DNA of 52,814 nucleotides from positions 1-52,814 of the forward strand of contig CAYSKJ010000003.1 in the NCBI GenBank assembly GCA_964431655.1, read 5' to 3'. Under the pieces are notes generated by a model. The model was given only the letters and a program-made list of their open reading frames with translations, made no database searches and had not been told where the DNA came from. Below, in pieces: positions 39,085-49,018 of the stretch (positions are counted from its first letter, which is position 1; each line of letters opens with the position of its first letter). The DNA comes from an uncultured bacterium. Its GTDB lineage: Bacteria > CAYMEV01. Both the position numbers and the translations under genes were made by a program.

Positions 39085-39731
39085 TTATTGATAAAGTCTG
39101 TTATTTAAAATATAATCCTCAATTCCCGGAGGAACAAGATATTTTATTGAAAGCCCTTTTTTTATTCTTTCTCTGATCATTGAGCTTGATATATCCAGGG
39201 GAAGATTATCCATGAAGTAAATTCCGGTTTTGCTGTTCCCAGGGACAAATTTCCTGAAGGGGAGTATATTGTAATATTTTTGGAATTTTTTAAAGAGATT
39301 CTCCTCTCTGCCATACATGGGCCTTGTAATAATTAGGAAATTACACATATCAAGTATTTCCGGGTATTTTTTCCAGGTCTTTATTAGAAGAAAAGCGTCG
39401 GTTCCAAGAATGAAGAATAAATGGGCTGGTTTTATGGAGTATCTTTCAAGAAAATGGCTTATGGTAATATATGAATAGGATATCTCCTCATTGTCGATTT
39501 CAAAGGTGCTGATCTCAGCTTTCTCTATATTTTGCAGGGCCGTGTTAAGCATGTGAACCCTGTGCATTCCTTCAATCAGTGAGAGGCTGTCCTTATGGGG
39601 AGGTATCCTGGTAGGGATAAAAAAAACCTTCTTAAAAGGCAGGATGGCAAGTATATCGGTTATAACAAGCAGGTGGCCTATATGAGGCGGGTTGAAACTG
39701 CCCCCGAAGAGGCCTGTAAGCATGTTTTCCA

Positions 39732-39732
<1 letters not shown>
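39085..39732 (-). CDS. nadD: Nicotinate-nucleotide adenylyltransferase
   Basis: GGSFNPPHIGH, PPHK, ILGTDA, ISSSMIR. Confidence 0.95.
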
Positions 39733-41025
<1,293 letters not shown>

Positions 41026-41041
41026 GGTTCAAGCCTCCTTG

Positions 41042-41356
41042 TTAATGCTTTATATCTGTAACCAATAAATGTGTAGTAAGCTGTCTGTGTCCCATCTTCC
41101 TGCGGTACTTCTTCCTTTTCTTATACTTACCCACAACAATCTTTTTATCTTTTCCCTGAAAAACAATCTTTGCCTTAATCTTTGCAGATTCTATATAGGG
41201 CTTTCCAATCTGTATGTCCTTGTCTTCTTCAATGATTGCCAGAACCTTGTCCAGCTCTATAATATCACCCTTACTGCCTTCAAGTTTCTCAACCTTCAGT
41301 AATTCTCCCTGTTTTGCCACATATTGCTTTCCGCCTGTTAATACTACTGCATACAT
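41042..41356 (-). CDS. rplU: 50S ribosomal protein L21
   Basis: MYAVVLTGGKQY, VEKL, GHRQ. Confidence 0.98.
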   Translation of the reverse strand: MYAVVLTGGKQYVAKQGELLKVEKLEGSKGDIIELDKVLAIIEEDKDIQIGKPYIESAKIKAKIVFQGKDKKIVVGKYKKRKKYRRKMGHRQLTTHLLVTDIKH

Positions 41357-41484
41357 CTTAAACTCTCCCAGAATATAGTATTTGAGTATTTAGAAATACC
41401 TATATTGACCAATAAATCATATTTGTCAAGTAATTTCATTAAATTTTAATAATCCAATATTTTAAATAAATCCAATAAATTGGA

Positions 41485-41868
41485 CTATTCCTTCAGGGCA
41501 GTTGCAAATCCAACAGCCAGTGAAGCTGTGTGGGATATGGATATATCTATTGATGCTATGCTCAAAATATTATAATATTCAAGGGCTTTACCCTTTAAAA
41601 CTAAATACGGTTTGCCTTCGGTATTGTTCAAAATTTCAATGCAGTTTATGGGTACCGGTCCGAAGATACCCTTTCCCAGCACCTTAAGAACTGCCTCCTT
41701 TACAGCAAATCGCCCGGCAAATTTCTCAGCATAGTTTGCCTTAAAAGATCTGCAGTAGCTAATCTCTTGCAGAGTAAATATACTTTGAAGGGCTTCTTCC
41801 CTTCTCCTGTCGACCAGTTTTTTTATCCTTATTATTTCTACTATATCGACTCCGCACACTATATTCAT
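41485..41868 (-). CDS. acpS: Holo-ACP synthase
   Basis: GVDIVEI.RI, AGRFAVKEAVLK, GKP, SISHT; ATG 41868 (ORF track TTG 41880). Confidence 0.93.
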   Translation of the reverse strand: MNIVCGVDIVEIIRIKKLVDRRREEALQSIFTLQEISYCRSFKANYAEKFAGRFAVKEAVLKVLGKGIFGPVPINCIEILNNTEGKPYLVLKGKALEYYNILSIASIDISISHTASLAVGFATALKE

Positions 41869-41954
41869 AACACAATCCAAAATATTGAATAATTACACTC
41901 AAGGAAATAATATATAAATCCCGTAAAATGGTCAAATTAATAAGTGTTTTAACA

Positions 41955-41970
41955 TGGCACAAATATTGCT
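41955..41970 (+). promoter_or_regulatory. Sigma54 (-24/-12) promoter of the ECF sigma gene
   Basis: TGGCAC-AAATA-TTGCT, an exact TGGCAC-N5-TTGCW consensus, 41 nt upstream of ATG 42012. Confidence 0.75.
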
Positions 41971-42011
41971 TTATCTTATAGATAAGAAATTATAAAAGGA
42001 AGTGGAATAAA

Positions 42012-42593
42012 ATGAGCGAAAAAGATCTGATTAATCTCATAAAGGATGGCAATGAGTCTTATTTTACCGAGCTGGTAAACAGGTTTTCAAACCTGGTTAG
42101 AAAGGTTATAGGAAGGCTTATAAGGGATCCTGAGGTTCTTGAGGAGTTGACCCAGGAGGTCTTCCTAAAAATATACAACAGTATTGATAGATTTGATACG
42201 GATTACAGGTTTTCAGGGTGGATAGGAATAATTGCCAGGAATACAGCAATAGATTATTTAAGGAAATACAACAGATATGACCAGGTTTATTTTGAGGATT
42301 ATCCCGGTTATGATTTCAATATCAGCAGCCAGAAGGATGATAATGTTTACCAGTTTATTGAGAAGAAGCAGCTGTCCTCATTTCTAAAAGCCAGAATAAA
42401 TGAACTTCCTCAGAAATACAGAAATGTACTAAACCTCAGGTATTATGAGGATAAAACCTATGAAGAAATTAGCGATATAATAGACAAACCCATGGGTACC
42501 GTAAAAAACAGAATTTTCCGTGCAAAGGAACTCCTTAAGGAAAAACTGATGAAACCTCAGCATCATTCTTTTGTTGAGGAAATGATTGCATAA
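42012..42593 (+). CDS. ECF sigma factor (RpoE/SigW-like)
   Basis: EELTQEVFLK, FSGWI..IARN.AIDYLRK (region 2); LP.KYR.V..LRY.E..TYEEI..I...P.GTVK.RIFRA (region 4). Confidence 0.93.
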   Translation: MSEKDLINLIKDGNESYFTELVNRFSNLVRKVIGRLIRDPEVLEELTQEVFLKIYNSIDRFDTDYRFSGWIGIIARNTAIDYLRKYNRYDQVYFEDYPGYDFNISSQKDDNVYQFIEKKQLSSFLKARINELPQKYRNVLNLRYYEDKTYEEISDIIDKPMGTVKNRIFRAKELLKEKLMKPQHHSFVEEMIA

Positions 42594-42597
42594 ATCA

Positions 42598-42639
42598 AAA
42601 ACCCTCTGTATATTGTTTATAAAATATGCGGAGGGTTTT
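42598..42639 (+). terminator. 17-bp hairpin: terminator-like, and it sequesters the SD of the downstream gene
   Basis: AAAACCCTCTGTATATT-8 nt-AATATGCGGAGGGTTTT; GGAGGG lies in the 3' arm. Confidence 0.7.
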
Positions 42640-42644
42640 CTTAT

Positions 42645-43553
42645 ATGAAAAGGAAATGTTGCCTACTTGCTTTAATTGTTTTATTGTTTATTCCTGCCTT
42701 CATTTACTCCGGTCAAAGGGATGAAAAACCTGCAAACGACGGCATCTCAAAAGAAATCAGAGTTGACGAAGATCTTTATATTAAGGAAGATATTGAAAAA
42801 TTCAGGGATAAAGAAAAAAAGGTCATAAATAGAATCAGTTTCTCCGGAGGCAATATCATAATAACACCCAGTCCCAAGAAGGGATATTTCTACGGCGGTA
42901 CCTTCTGGTATGAAACGGTTTTCCATTCACCCCTATTTGAAATAGCGGATAAAAGGGATGCCTATGTGGTTAATCTCAGGCAGAGGAAATCAAAGGTCTA
43001 CATATTTCCAAGCAATCAGAGGAGACCCATATGGAAATACAGTTTTCCCTGTGATATATCTGCTGAGCTGGATATAAGTCTGAGCGGGAGTAATACTATG
43101 ATAGAATTAGGCGGTTCCCTCGTTGAGAATATAAATATAAGCGCCAGGGGGCAGGAGACGGCTTTAATGTTTTCGGAACCCGTAAAAGGGATGATACATG
43201 AGGCTGTTATATCTGTTGATGTCGGGAAACTTTCAGTCCTTGACATCCTGAACTCAAATACCGCTTACATGAAGATGAACCTGTCCTCAGGTTCATACTT
43301 CATGGATTTCAGCGGTAAGGCTGACAAGCTGAAAGAAAGAACTGTGGATATTACCCTTAATTTTTCGAAGCTGGATATAAGTCTATCCGATGATGTGGGT
43401 TATGAGATATATACATCAACCCTGGTCCATATATCTGCTCCGGATCTTGTTAAAAATGAGGATTATCACCGAACTCCGGGTTTTGAAAAGGCGGAAAGAA
43501 GAATATACATCAATATCAGGGGAGTTGGAGGCAAGGTCAACATAATATATTAA
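42645..43553 (+). CDS. Exported beta-rich protein (LiaF/LiaG/DUF2154 toast-rack-like)
   Basis: Signal peptide; repeated short beta strands with Gly turns; C-terminal INIRGVGGKVNII. Confidence 0.6.
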   Translation: MKRKCCLLALIVLLFIPAFIYSGQRDEKPANDGISKEIRVDEDLYIKEDIEKFRDKEKKVINRISFSGGNIIITPSPKKGYFYGGTFWYETVFHSPLFEIADKRDAYVVNLRQRKSKVYIFPSNQRRPIWKYSFPCDISAELDISLSGSNTMIELGGSLVENINISARGQETALMFSEPVKGMIHEAVISVDVGKLSVLDILNSNTAYMKMNLSSGSYFMDFSGKADKLKERTVDITLNFSKLDISLSDDVGYEIYTSTLVHISAPDLVKNEDYHRTPGFEKAERRIYINIRGVGGKVNIIY

Positions 43554-43604
43554 TAGTCCCTGCTGGAATAATGGGTATAAATCAAGGTAATAACAAGAAC
43601 ACTA

Positions 43605-45071
43605 TCAGCGGTTTGTTCCATTTTTCAGATGAACAGGGATTGAAAGAATGAAAAGAGCGCCCTTCCCGAAGGGTTCCTGACAGGACAGTTCCCCGCGCAT
43701 GTATTCAGCAAATATTCTTGAAAGGTAAAGGCCGAGGCCTGTTCCCGAACTGTTTTTTGAAAGGGCACTGAACAGCTCTTCCCTGTTCTCCCGGTTAATG
43801 CCCATGCCATAGTCCCTGAAAGCAATTTTGAGAATCATTTCTTCGATGCTTATGTCTATATTAATCTGTGATTGTTCTGGTGAGAACTTTAGTGCATTAT
43901 GAATCAGGTTAAAAACTACATGCCTGAAAAATTCCCTGTACTGACAAACGGTAAAATCCCTGTCCGTATCATCCTTGAGGATTATATCCATATTTTTTCC
44001 CCTAAACTCCATACTTCTAAGGAGTATATCCTTTATTTCGACTATTTCAGCAAAAGGATTGAATTCGACTGCAGAGCTGTGCCTGAAGGATACCGAATCC
44101 AGAAGACTGTAGATCAGGTTTTGTATGCGGCATATTTCCAGCTCAATACCCTCAAGATACTCGCTTATTTCATTTTTGGTATGTTTACCCATTTTTAGCA
44201 GATCAATATATCCAGTTATTCCGTTAAGAGGATTTCCTATTTCATGCGCAATGGAGGAGGATATTTTTCCAACAAGTGAAAAACGCTCAGAACTTAAAAG
44301 CTGAGACTGGGCTTCATTCAGCAGTTTATTGGAATTCTCAAGCTCCCGGATTTTATTCAAAAGGGCACCCTGGGCATCTTTCAGCCTGCTGCTCATAATC
44401 CTCATTTTTTCATATAAAATTCCAAATTCGTCTTTCTGGAAATTGCAGGGCGAATCATTGCTGAAATTTGATCCGGTTATATTGTCTGCCATCACTCCAA
44501 GGGCATTTATGGGTTTTATTATGCTGGTATTAATTAAAATAAGAATCATTACAAGAAGCATGGATACCTGCAGGACTATGATCCCAGCAATAGGCCGGGA
44601 AAGAGGAGTCAGATCAAAACTGCGGGTTCTGTGTTTTATATAGGCATACAGAGTTTTATTCCTGTAGCGGAAGGCATAAAGGGTTTCGGTATCTTTATTT
44701 GATTTCCTGCTTTGAATCCTGCTGAGGCCTTCCTTATGCCTCTCATCGTAGTTAATGCTGTATCGTTTAAATATATCATATCCTGTTGATGATAAAACAG
44801 GGTTAGTATGCCGGTCGATGACTGCAATTTCTGCATTATATAACGATGAGAAAGTGATAACTGCTGTTGAGAACCTCTGGATATAATCTCTGTTGCTTTG
44901 CATATCCTCCACAAGAAGCCTCAGGTTTTCATCTAAAAAATCTGTGACTGCAGAATTTGTCCTGTTTTCATCATAGTGGCTGAATATACGGTATAGAAGT
45001 ATATTAAATCCGAAAAGAATGATGAGCATAAGGGGTATTATATGCAGGCTGAGTTTTTTTCTAAGCTTCAT
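43605..45071 (-). CDS. Membrane sensor histidine kinase (HAMP, NtrB-like H-box), no adjacent response regulator
   Basis: 2 TM; KPI..L..DEFG.L (HAMP); AHEIGNPL, NLIHNALK, DYGMGI, GTGLGL. Confidence 0.92.
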   Translation of the reverse strand: MKLRKKLSLHIIPLMLIILFGFNILLYRIFSHYDENRTNSAVTDFLDENLRLLVEDMQSNRDYIQRFSTAVITFSSLYNAEIAVIDRHTNPVLSSTGYDIFKRYSINYDERHKEGLSRIQSRKSNKDTETLYAFRYRNKTLYAYIKHRTRSFDLTPLSRPIAGIIVLQVSMLLVMILILINTSIIKPINALGVMADNITGSNFSNDSPCNFQKDEFGILYEKMRIMSSRLKDAQGALLNKIRELENSNKLLNEAQSQLLSSERFSLVGKISSSIAHEIGNPLNGITGYIDLLKMGKHTKNEISEYLEGIELEICRIQNLIYSLLDSVSFRHSSAVEFNPFAEIVEIKDILLRSMEFRGKNMDIILKDDTDRDFTVCQYREFFRHVVFNLIHNALKFSPEQSQINIDISIEEMILKIAFRDYGMGINRENREELFSALSKNSSGTGLGLYLSRIFAEYMRGELSCQEPFGKGALFILSIPVHLKNGTNR

Positions 45072-46025
45072 TTACAGATACAGTATCCTCCTTGATTTAT
45101 AAAGAATTACCAGGAAGAAAGGCCCTCCCATGACCGATGTAAGTACTCCCACAGGTATTGAGGCGGGATGGATAACAGATTTTGCAAAAAAATCTGCAAG
45201 AAGAAGGAAAATACCCCCTGCAATAAAGGAAAAGGGTATGAGCTTCCTGTGATCCTGGCCTGTAATCTGCCTCGTTATGTGGGGGACAATAAGCCCAACA
45301 AATCCAATGGGCCCTGTAATGCTTATAATAGAAGCTGTAAGGAGGGATGCTGTAATAAATATGTTTTTTTGAAGGCGGGCCACATTTACTCCCCTGCTCT
45401 GGGCTATCTCATCACCAAGACAGACAAGGTTCAGGTCTTTTGAACTAAGGAAAATATACAGTGTAAACATTAAAACAAAAGGCAGGGTGAAATAAACATT
45501 ATTGAATGTTACAGCCTCAAACCCTCCCATCATCCATCGTATCATCATGGCGGACTGTGTAAAATCGGCAATATAATGTATAAAAAGGATTAGGCCCGAG
45601 AAAAAGAAGCTTAGAGATATTCCGGACAAAAGGAGTGTGGCGATGGTAAAACGGCCCTTTATCCTGGATATCCTGTAAACAGCCAGTATGGTAAAAACCC
45701 CTACTGCCATGGAAAAGGGCATTGAAAGCCCCGAGAGTCTCAGTTTTATGGCTATCACAGCTCCAAAAGCGCTCCCGCTGGATACTCCAAGGGTATAAGG
45801 GGTAGCCAGGGGATTTTTAAGGAGGCTCTGAAAACATAAACCTGCTAATGTGAGGGCTCCTCCGGTTATGATCACCATGATAAGCCGGGGCATCCTTATT
45901 TTATAGATTATATTGACGGTATGGGGATCTTTATAGTCTATATGACCCGCAAGAAGGTAAATTCCTGAGATCAGGAACAGCAGGGAGAACAGAATGGCAT
46001 AGGATAAGACTGTTTTCTTTTTCAT
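45072..46025 (-). CDS. FecCD/BtuC-family ABC permease (corrinoid/heme/siderophore)
   Basis: IRMPR, NPLATPYTLGVSSG, GDE.A.SRGV, GPIGFVGLIVPH, PVGVLT...GGPFF. Confidence 0.93.
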   Translation of the reverse strand: MKKKTVLSYAILFSLLFLISGIYLLAGHIDYKDPHTVNIIYKIRMPRLIMVIITGGALTLAGLCFQSLLKNPLATPYTLGVSSGSAFGAVIAIKLRLSGLSMPFSMAVGVFTILAVYRISRIKGRFTIATLLLSGISLSFFFSGLILFIHYIADFTQSAMMIRWMMGGFEAVTFNNVYFTLPFVLMFTLYIFLSSKDLNLVCLGDEIAQSRGVNVARLQKNIFITASLLTASIISITGPIGFVGLIVPHITRQITGQDHRKLIPFSFIAGGIFLLLADFFAKSVIHPASIPVGVLTSVMGGPFFLVILYKSRRILYL

Positions 46026-46027
46026 TG

Positions 46028-46807
46028 CTATTCCTTTATGTAAAATAAGCCCTTTTCTTCCCTTATTCCTGTATTGAAAACCTCTTCCAGGACTTCCCGG
46101 CGGAGGACGGCGTCTCTGGAATTGAAAATATAACCCCCCTGTTCTGGAAAACAGAGAATATAGTCTGCCAGCATTGAAGCAAGGTTTATATCATGGGTGA
46201 CAATGATTATCAGGTCGTATTCCTGCTTCCTGTTCCTGATATTCTTCATAAAAAGCCTGATATGCTTAAGGTCAAGATTGGAAGTAGGCTCATCAAACAG
46301 GATTATCCTGCTGGCCTGGGCTATTGAAGATGCTATAATGGTGAGCTGTCTTTCACCTCCTGAAAGGTCAAGAATGGACCGGTATTTAAGTTCCTCCAGT
46401 TCCCATTCCCTCAAAGCCCTTTCAATTTCCGACAGATCCCTTTGGCTGAGACTGCTGAAAATATTGGGCATATGTGGATACCTGCCAGTCTCAATAATAC
46501 TGTAAACATCATAATTGAAATTCACATAAAAGTTCTGGGGAACATAGGAAATCATTCTTGCCAGTTCTTTAAAGCTGTAATCCTCTAAATCCCTGTTATA
46601 AAGCTCTATATTACCCCTGTCAGGATGGACCATTTTTGACAGAAGCCTCATAAAAGTTGATTTTCCCGAACCATTGGGTCCTAATATACCAAGGATTCTA
46701 CCCCCGCCTATATCAATGGAGATATCCCTGAATACAGGGTTATCTCCATAACTGAAATAAAGGGATTTTATGCTGAAGATATTCTTTTCTACCATTGGCC
46801 TGCGCAT
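46028..46807 (-). CDS. BtuD/FecE-family ABC ATPase
   Basis: GPNGSGKS, LSGGERQ, FDEPTSNLD, THD. Confidence 0.93.
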   Translation of the reverse strand: MRRPMVEKNIFSIKSLYFSYGDNPVFRDISIDIGGGRILGILGPNGSGKSTFMRLLSKMVHPDRGNIELYNRDLEDYSFKELARMISYVPQNFYVNFNYDVYSIIETGRYPHMPNIFSSLSQRDLSEIERALREWELEELKYRSILDLSGGERQLTIIASSIAQASRIILFDEPTSNLDLKHIRLFMKNIRNRKQEYDLIIIVTHDINLASMLADYILCFPEQGGYIFNSRDAVLRREVLEEVFNTGIREEKGLFYIKE

Positions 46808-48822
46808 ATTCCTGTAAGTTTTATTTCACAAACATCTTCCATATTTGGCCGGATTAACAGAGAAGCAATATTACAGGTTTTTTTCAGGCTGAATGTGAGC
46901 CTTTCCCGTATCTCCGCCGTATCCCCCTGAATGTCAGCAAGGACAGTGAGGGTGTCCGATTCTGAAGGTGCTGTAAATAATCCATCAATATAAAATTCCA
47001 TTTTCCCGGTTAAATTTGCCATCTGGGCCTTCTTATCAATTATATCCCTTTTGGGATATCTTACAGTAAACACCAGTGTAAGGAAATCCGCAGACAAGTC
47101 ACATCGGAAATTCTTTGAAATAATCTGACCGTCCAGGGTATGTCCGAATTTATATTTTTCTCCCCAGAACTTTCGGTGATCTGAAAGTTTAATAGTATCC
47201 CGTTCATTACTTATAAAGGCGTTAAAGGGCGTTTTGCCACGCCCGGCCTTATTCTGTTGTGCAGGCTGTGTATTCCCCTCTGCTGTGCCGTAGAGCTTTT
47301 CATCAACGGTTATAACAGTAAAATCTTTTTCCCTGGCATAGGACAGAAAAATTATGGAATTGACCAGGGCAATATAGGCTGCAAGCAATATTAGACCTGT
47401 TTTAATAACCTTATCAGTGCTGCACCTTTTCAAAAAGAAAGCAAAGGCAAGTGACAGGATGGATATCAGACCGATGGATGCCAGAAAACCTGCAATATTT
47501 TCTTTTAACAGGTAAATATTAAATACTCTTGATAAAAAGCCTCTTTTGATCATCAGGGATAAACCTTCCAAAGATAATAAAAGCCTGCCTGAAAATGAAA
47601 GGGGGGTGTCTGGCCTGAGCTGGCCGGAATCTATAAGGGTTATGGATGACAAATAATAAAAAGTCAGCAGAGCGGTAGCAACTGCTGCCATCATGAAGGA
47701 TAAAATGCCTTTTTTGCGAAAATAATCGTATAACCAGGAAAGACCGAAAGACAGGAATATGAGACTGCTGTAAAAGCGTCTCATACCGTACAAGGTTCCA
47801 GAAATCATATCAATTCTAAGGCTTATCTGCAGATACTCAAAAGCCATAATGAGTAGAAAAATAAGGCTGTAATTGATTTTCCTCAGTCCAGCAAAAAAAC
47901 CTGCAAAAGCAATTATAAGCAGGGGTGTCAGGGTAAAAGCCCCGCAGGATGGATGGGTGAAGAATTTTAGAAAATTTGCTGAGATGCCATGAAAGAGGCT
48001 TCCGATATCCTCATGGGAAGAAAGGGTAAAATTTCCGTTCAGGACATAAAATGAAATCAGTTGAGGGCTTAATATGACTGCAAAGATAAATAAGCATACC
48101 AGAAGCATCCGAGGTTTTTTAAAGGCCTTAAGCCTGAAAAAATCGTACAGCGGTATTATCAGATAAATCAGGGCGTCATAACGGATTATTATCATCAGCG
48201 AAGAAAGGGCGCTGTAGATGTAGAAGCGTTCATTCAGCTTCATATCCCTGGCTGTAAAAGTAAAGACGAGGAGCAGAGTGAAAAAAAAGGATGTCATATG
48301 GGAAAAGGAAGGAATAAGGTATGAATATCCGAATATTACTGTTCCGAAAAATATAAAAATCGAGGCAAAAAAAGAGGAAAGTTGTGTAAAAAACCTTTTA
48401 AGCAGAAAAAAAAGAATAATATTGGAGGCCAGGCAGAGAAAAAAGGTCATGATAAGGTAATTGAAGTAGGTTGTCTGGCTGTATCCCGTATCTTCCGGCT
48501 GAGACCCGACAGCCGATGAAAAATTCTCAGCAAGGCAGGATACTGCAAACATGGGCATATAAACAAGGCTATGCCCCATGGGGAAGAGATTATTCCCGTA
48601 CCCGTTATCATTAAGCTGGTTAACGCCGAGACTCCCCGGCATAAGGGAGTACTGGCTGTGCATCTGGATATCCCGGGTAAAGAAAATCGAATGTCCCCAG
48701 AAGGCATAAGGATACCCGTCCAGGAAAAGCTCAAACCTGAAAAACATAAAAAATGCACAGGCATGAACAATCAGAATAAGGATGACAAAATTACTGCTTT
48801 TGGTCTTTTCCATGCGAAACAC
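46789..48822 (-). CDS. Polytopic membrane protein, GT-C (PMT/ArnT-like) glycosyltransferase-like, with soluble C-terminal domain
   Basis: About 12-13 TM segments; first-loop DG.PY..W..S....DI and N.FP.G.S motifs; IIRY; YGMRRF. Confidence 0.6.
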   Translation of the reverse strand: MFRMEKTKSSNFVILILIVHACAFFMFFRFELFLDGYPYAFWGHSIFFTRDIQMHSQYSLMPGSLGVNQLNDNGYGNNLFPMGHSLVYMPMFAVSCLAENFSSAVGSQPEDTGYSQTTYFNYLIMTFFLCLASNIILFFLLKRFFTQLSSFFASIFIFFGTVIFGYSYLIPSFSHMTSFFFTLLLVFTFTARDMKLNERFYIYSALSSLMIIIRYDALIYLIIPLYDFFRLKAFKKPRMLLVCLFIFAVILSPQLISFYVLNGNFTLSSHEDIGSLFHGISANFLKFFTHPSCGAFTLTPLLIIAFAGFFAGLRKINYSLIFLLIMAFEYLQISLRIDMISGTLYGMRRFYSSLIFLSFGLSWLYDYFRKKGILSFMMAAVATALLTFYYLSSITLIDSGQLRPDTPLSFSGRLLLSLEGLSLMIKRGFLSRVFNIYLLKENIAGFLASIGLISILSLAFAFFLKRCSTDKVIKTGLILLAAYIALVNSIIFLSYAREKDFTVITVDEKLYGTAEGNTQPAQQNKAGRGKTPFNAFISNERDTIKLSDHRKFWGEKYKFGHTLDGQIISKNFRCDLSADFLTLVFTVRYPKRDIIDKKAQMANLTGKMEFYIDGLFTAPSESDTLTVLADIQGDTAEIRERLTFSLKKTCNIASLLIRPNMEDVCEIKLTGICAGQW

Positions 48823-48848
48823 TTATTAAAGGTAAATTACATGAGCCG

Positions 48849-48876
48849 ATTATATAGCATTAAATGCTTAGTGCAA
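48849..48876 (-). promoter_or_regulatory. Putative sigma70 promoter with a palindrome in the spacer
   Basis: TTGCAC-16 nt-TATAAT; AGCATT-A-AATGCT at 48856-48868. Confidence 0.5.
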
Positions 48877-49018
48877 TAATTAATTGCAGGGTCTGGGCAT
48901 CCAGCATCAGGGCAGATACTTTAATTTCTTTACCATTTTAATTATAGCAATAACATCATAATAGAAGTCCTGCAGAAAGAGAAAAGTAATTAAAGGATAC
49001 CTGTCAGTACTTATATTT

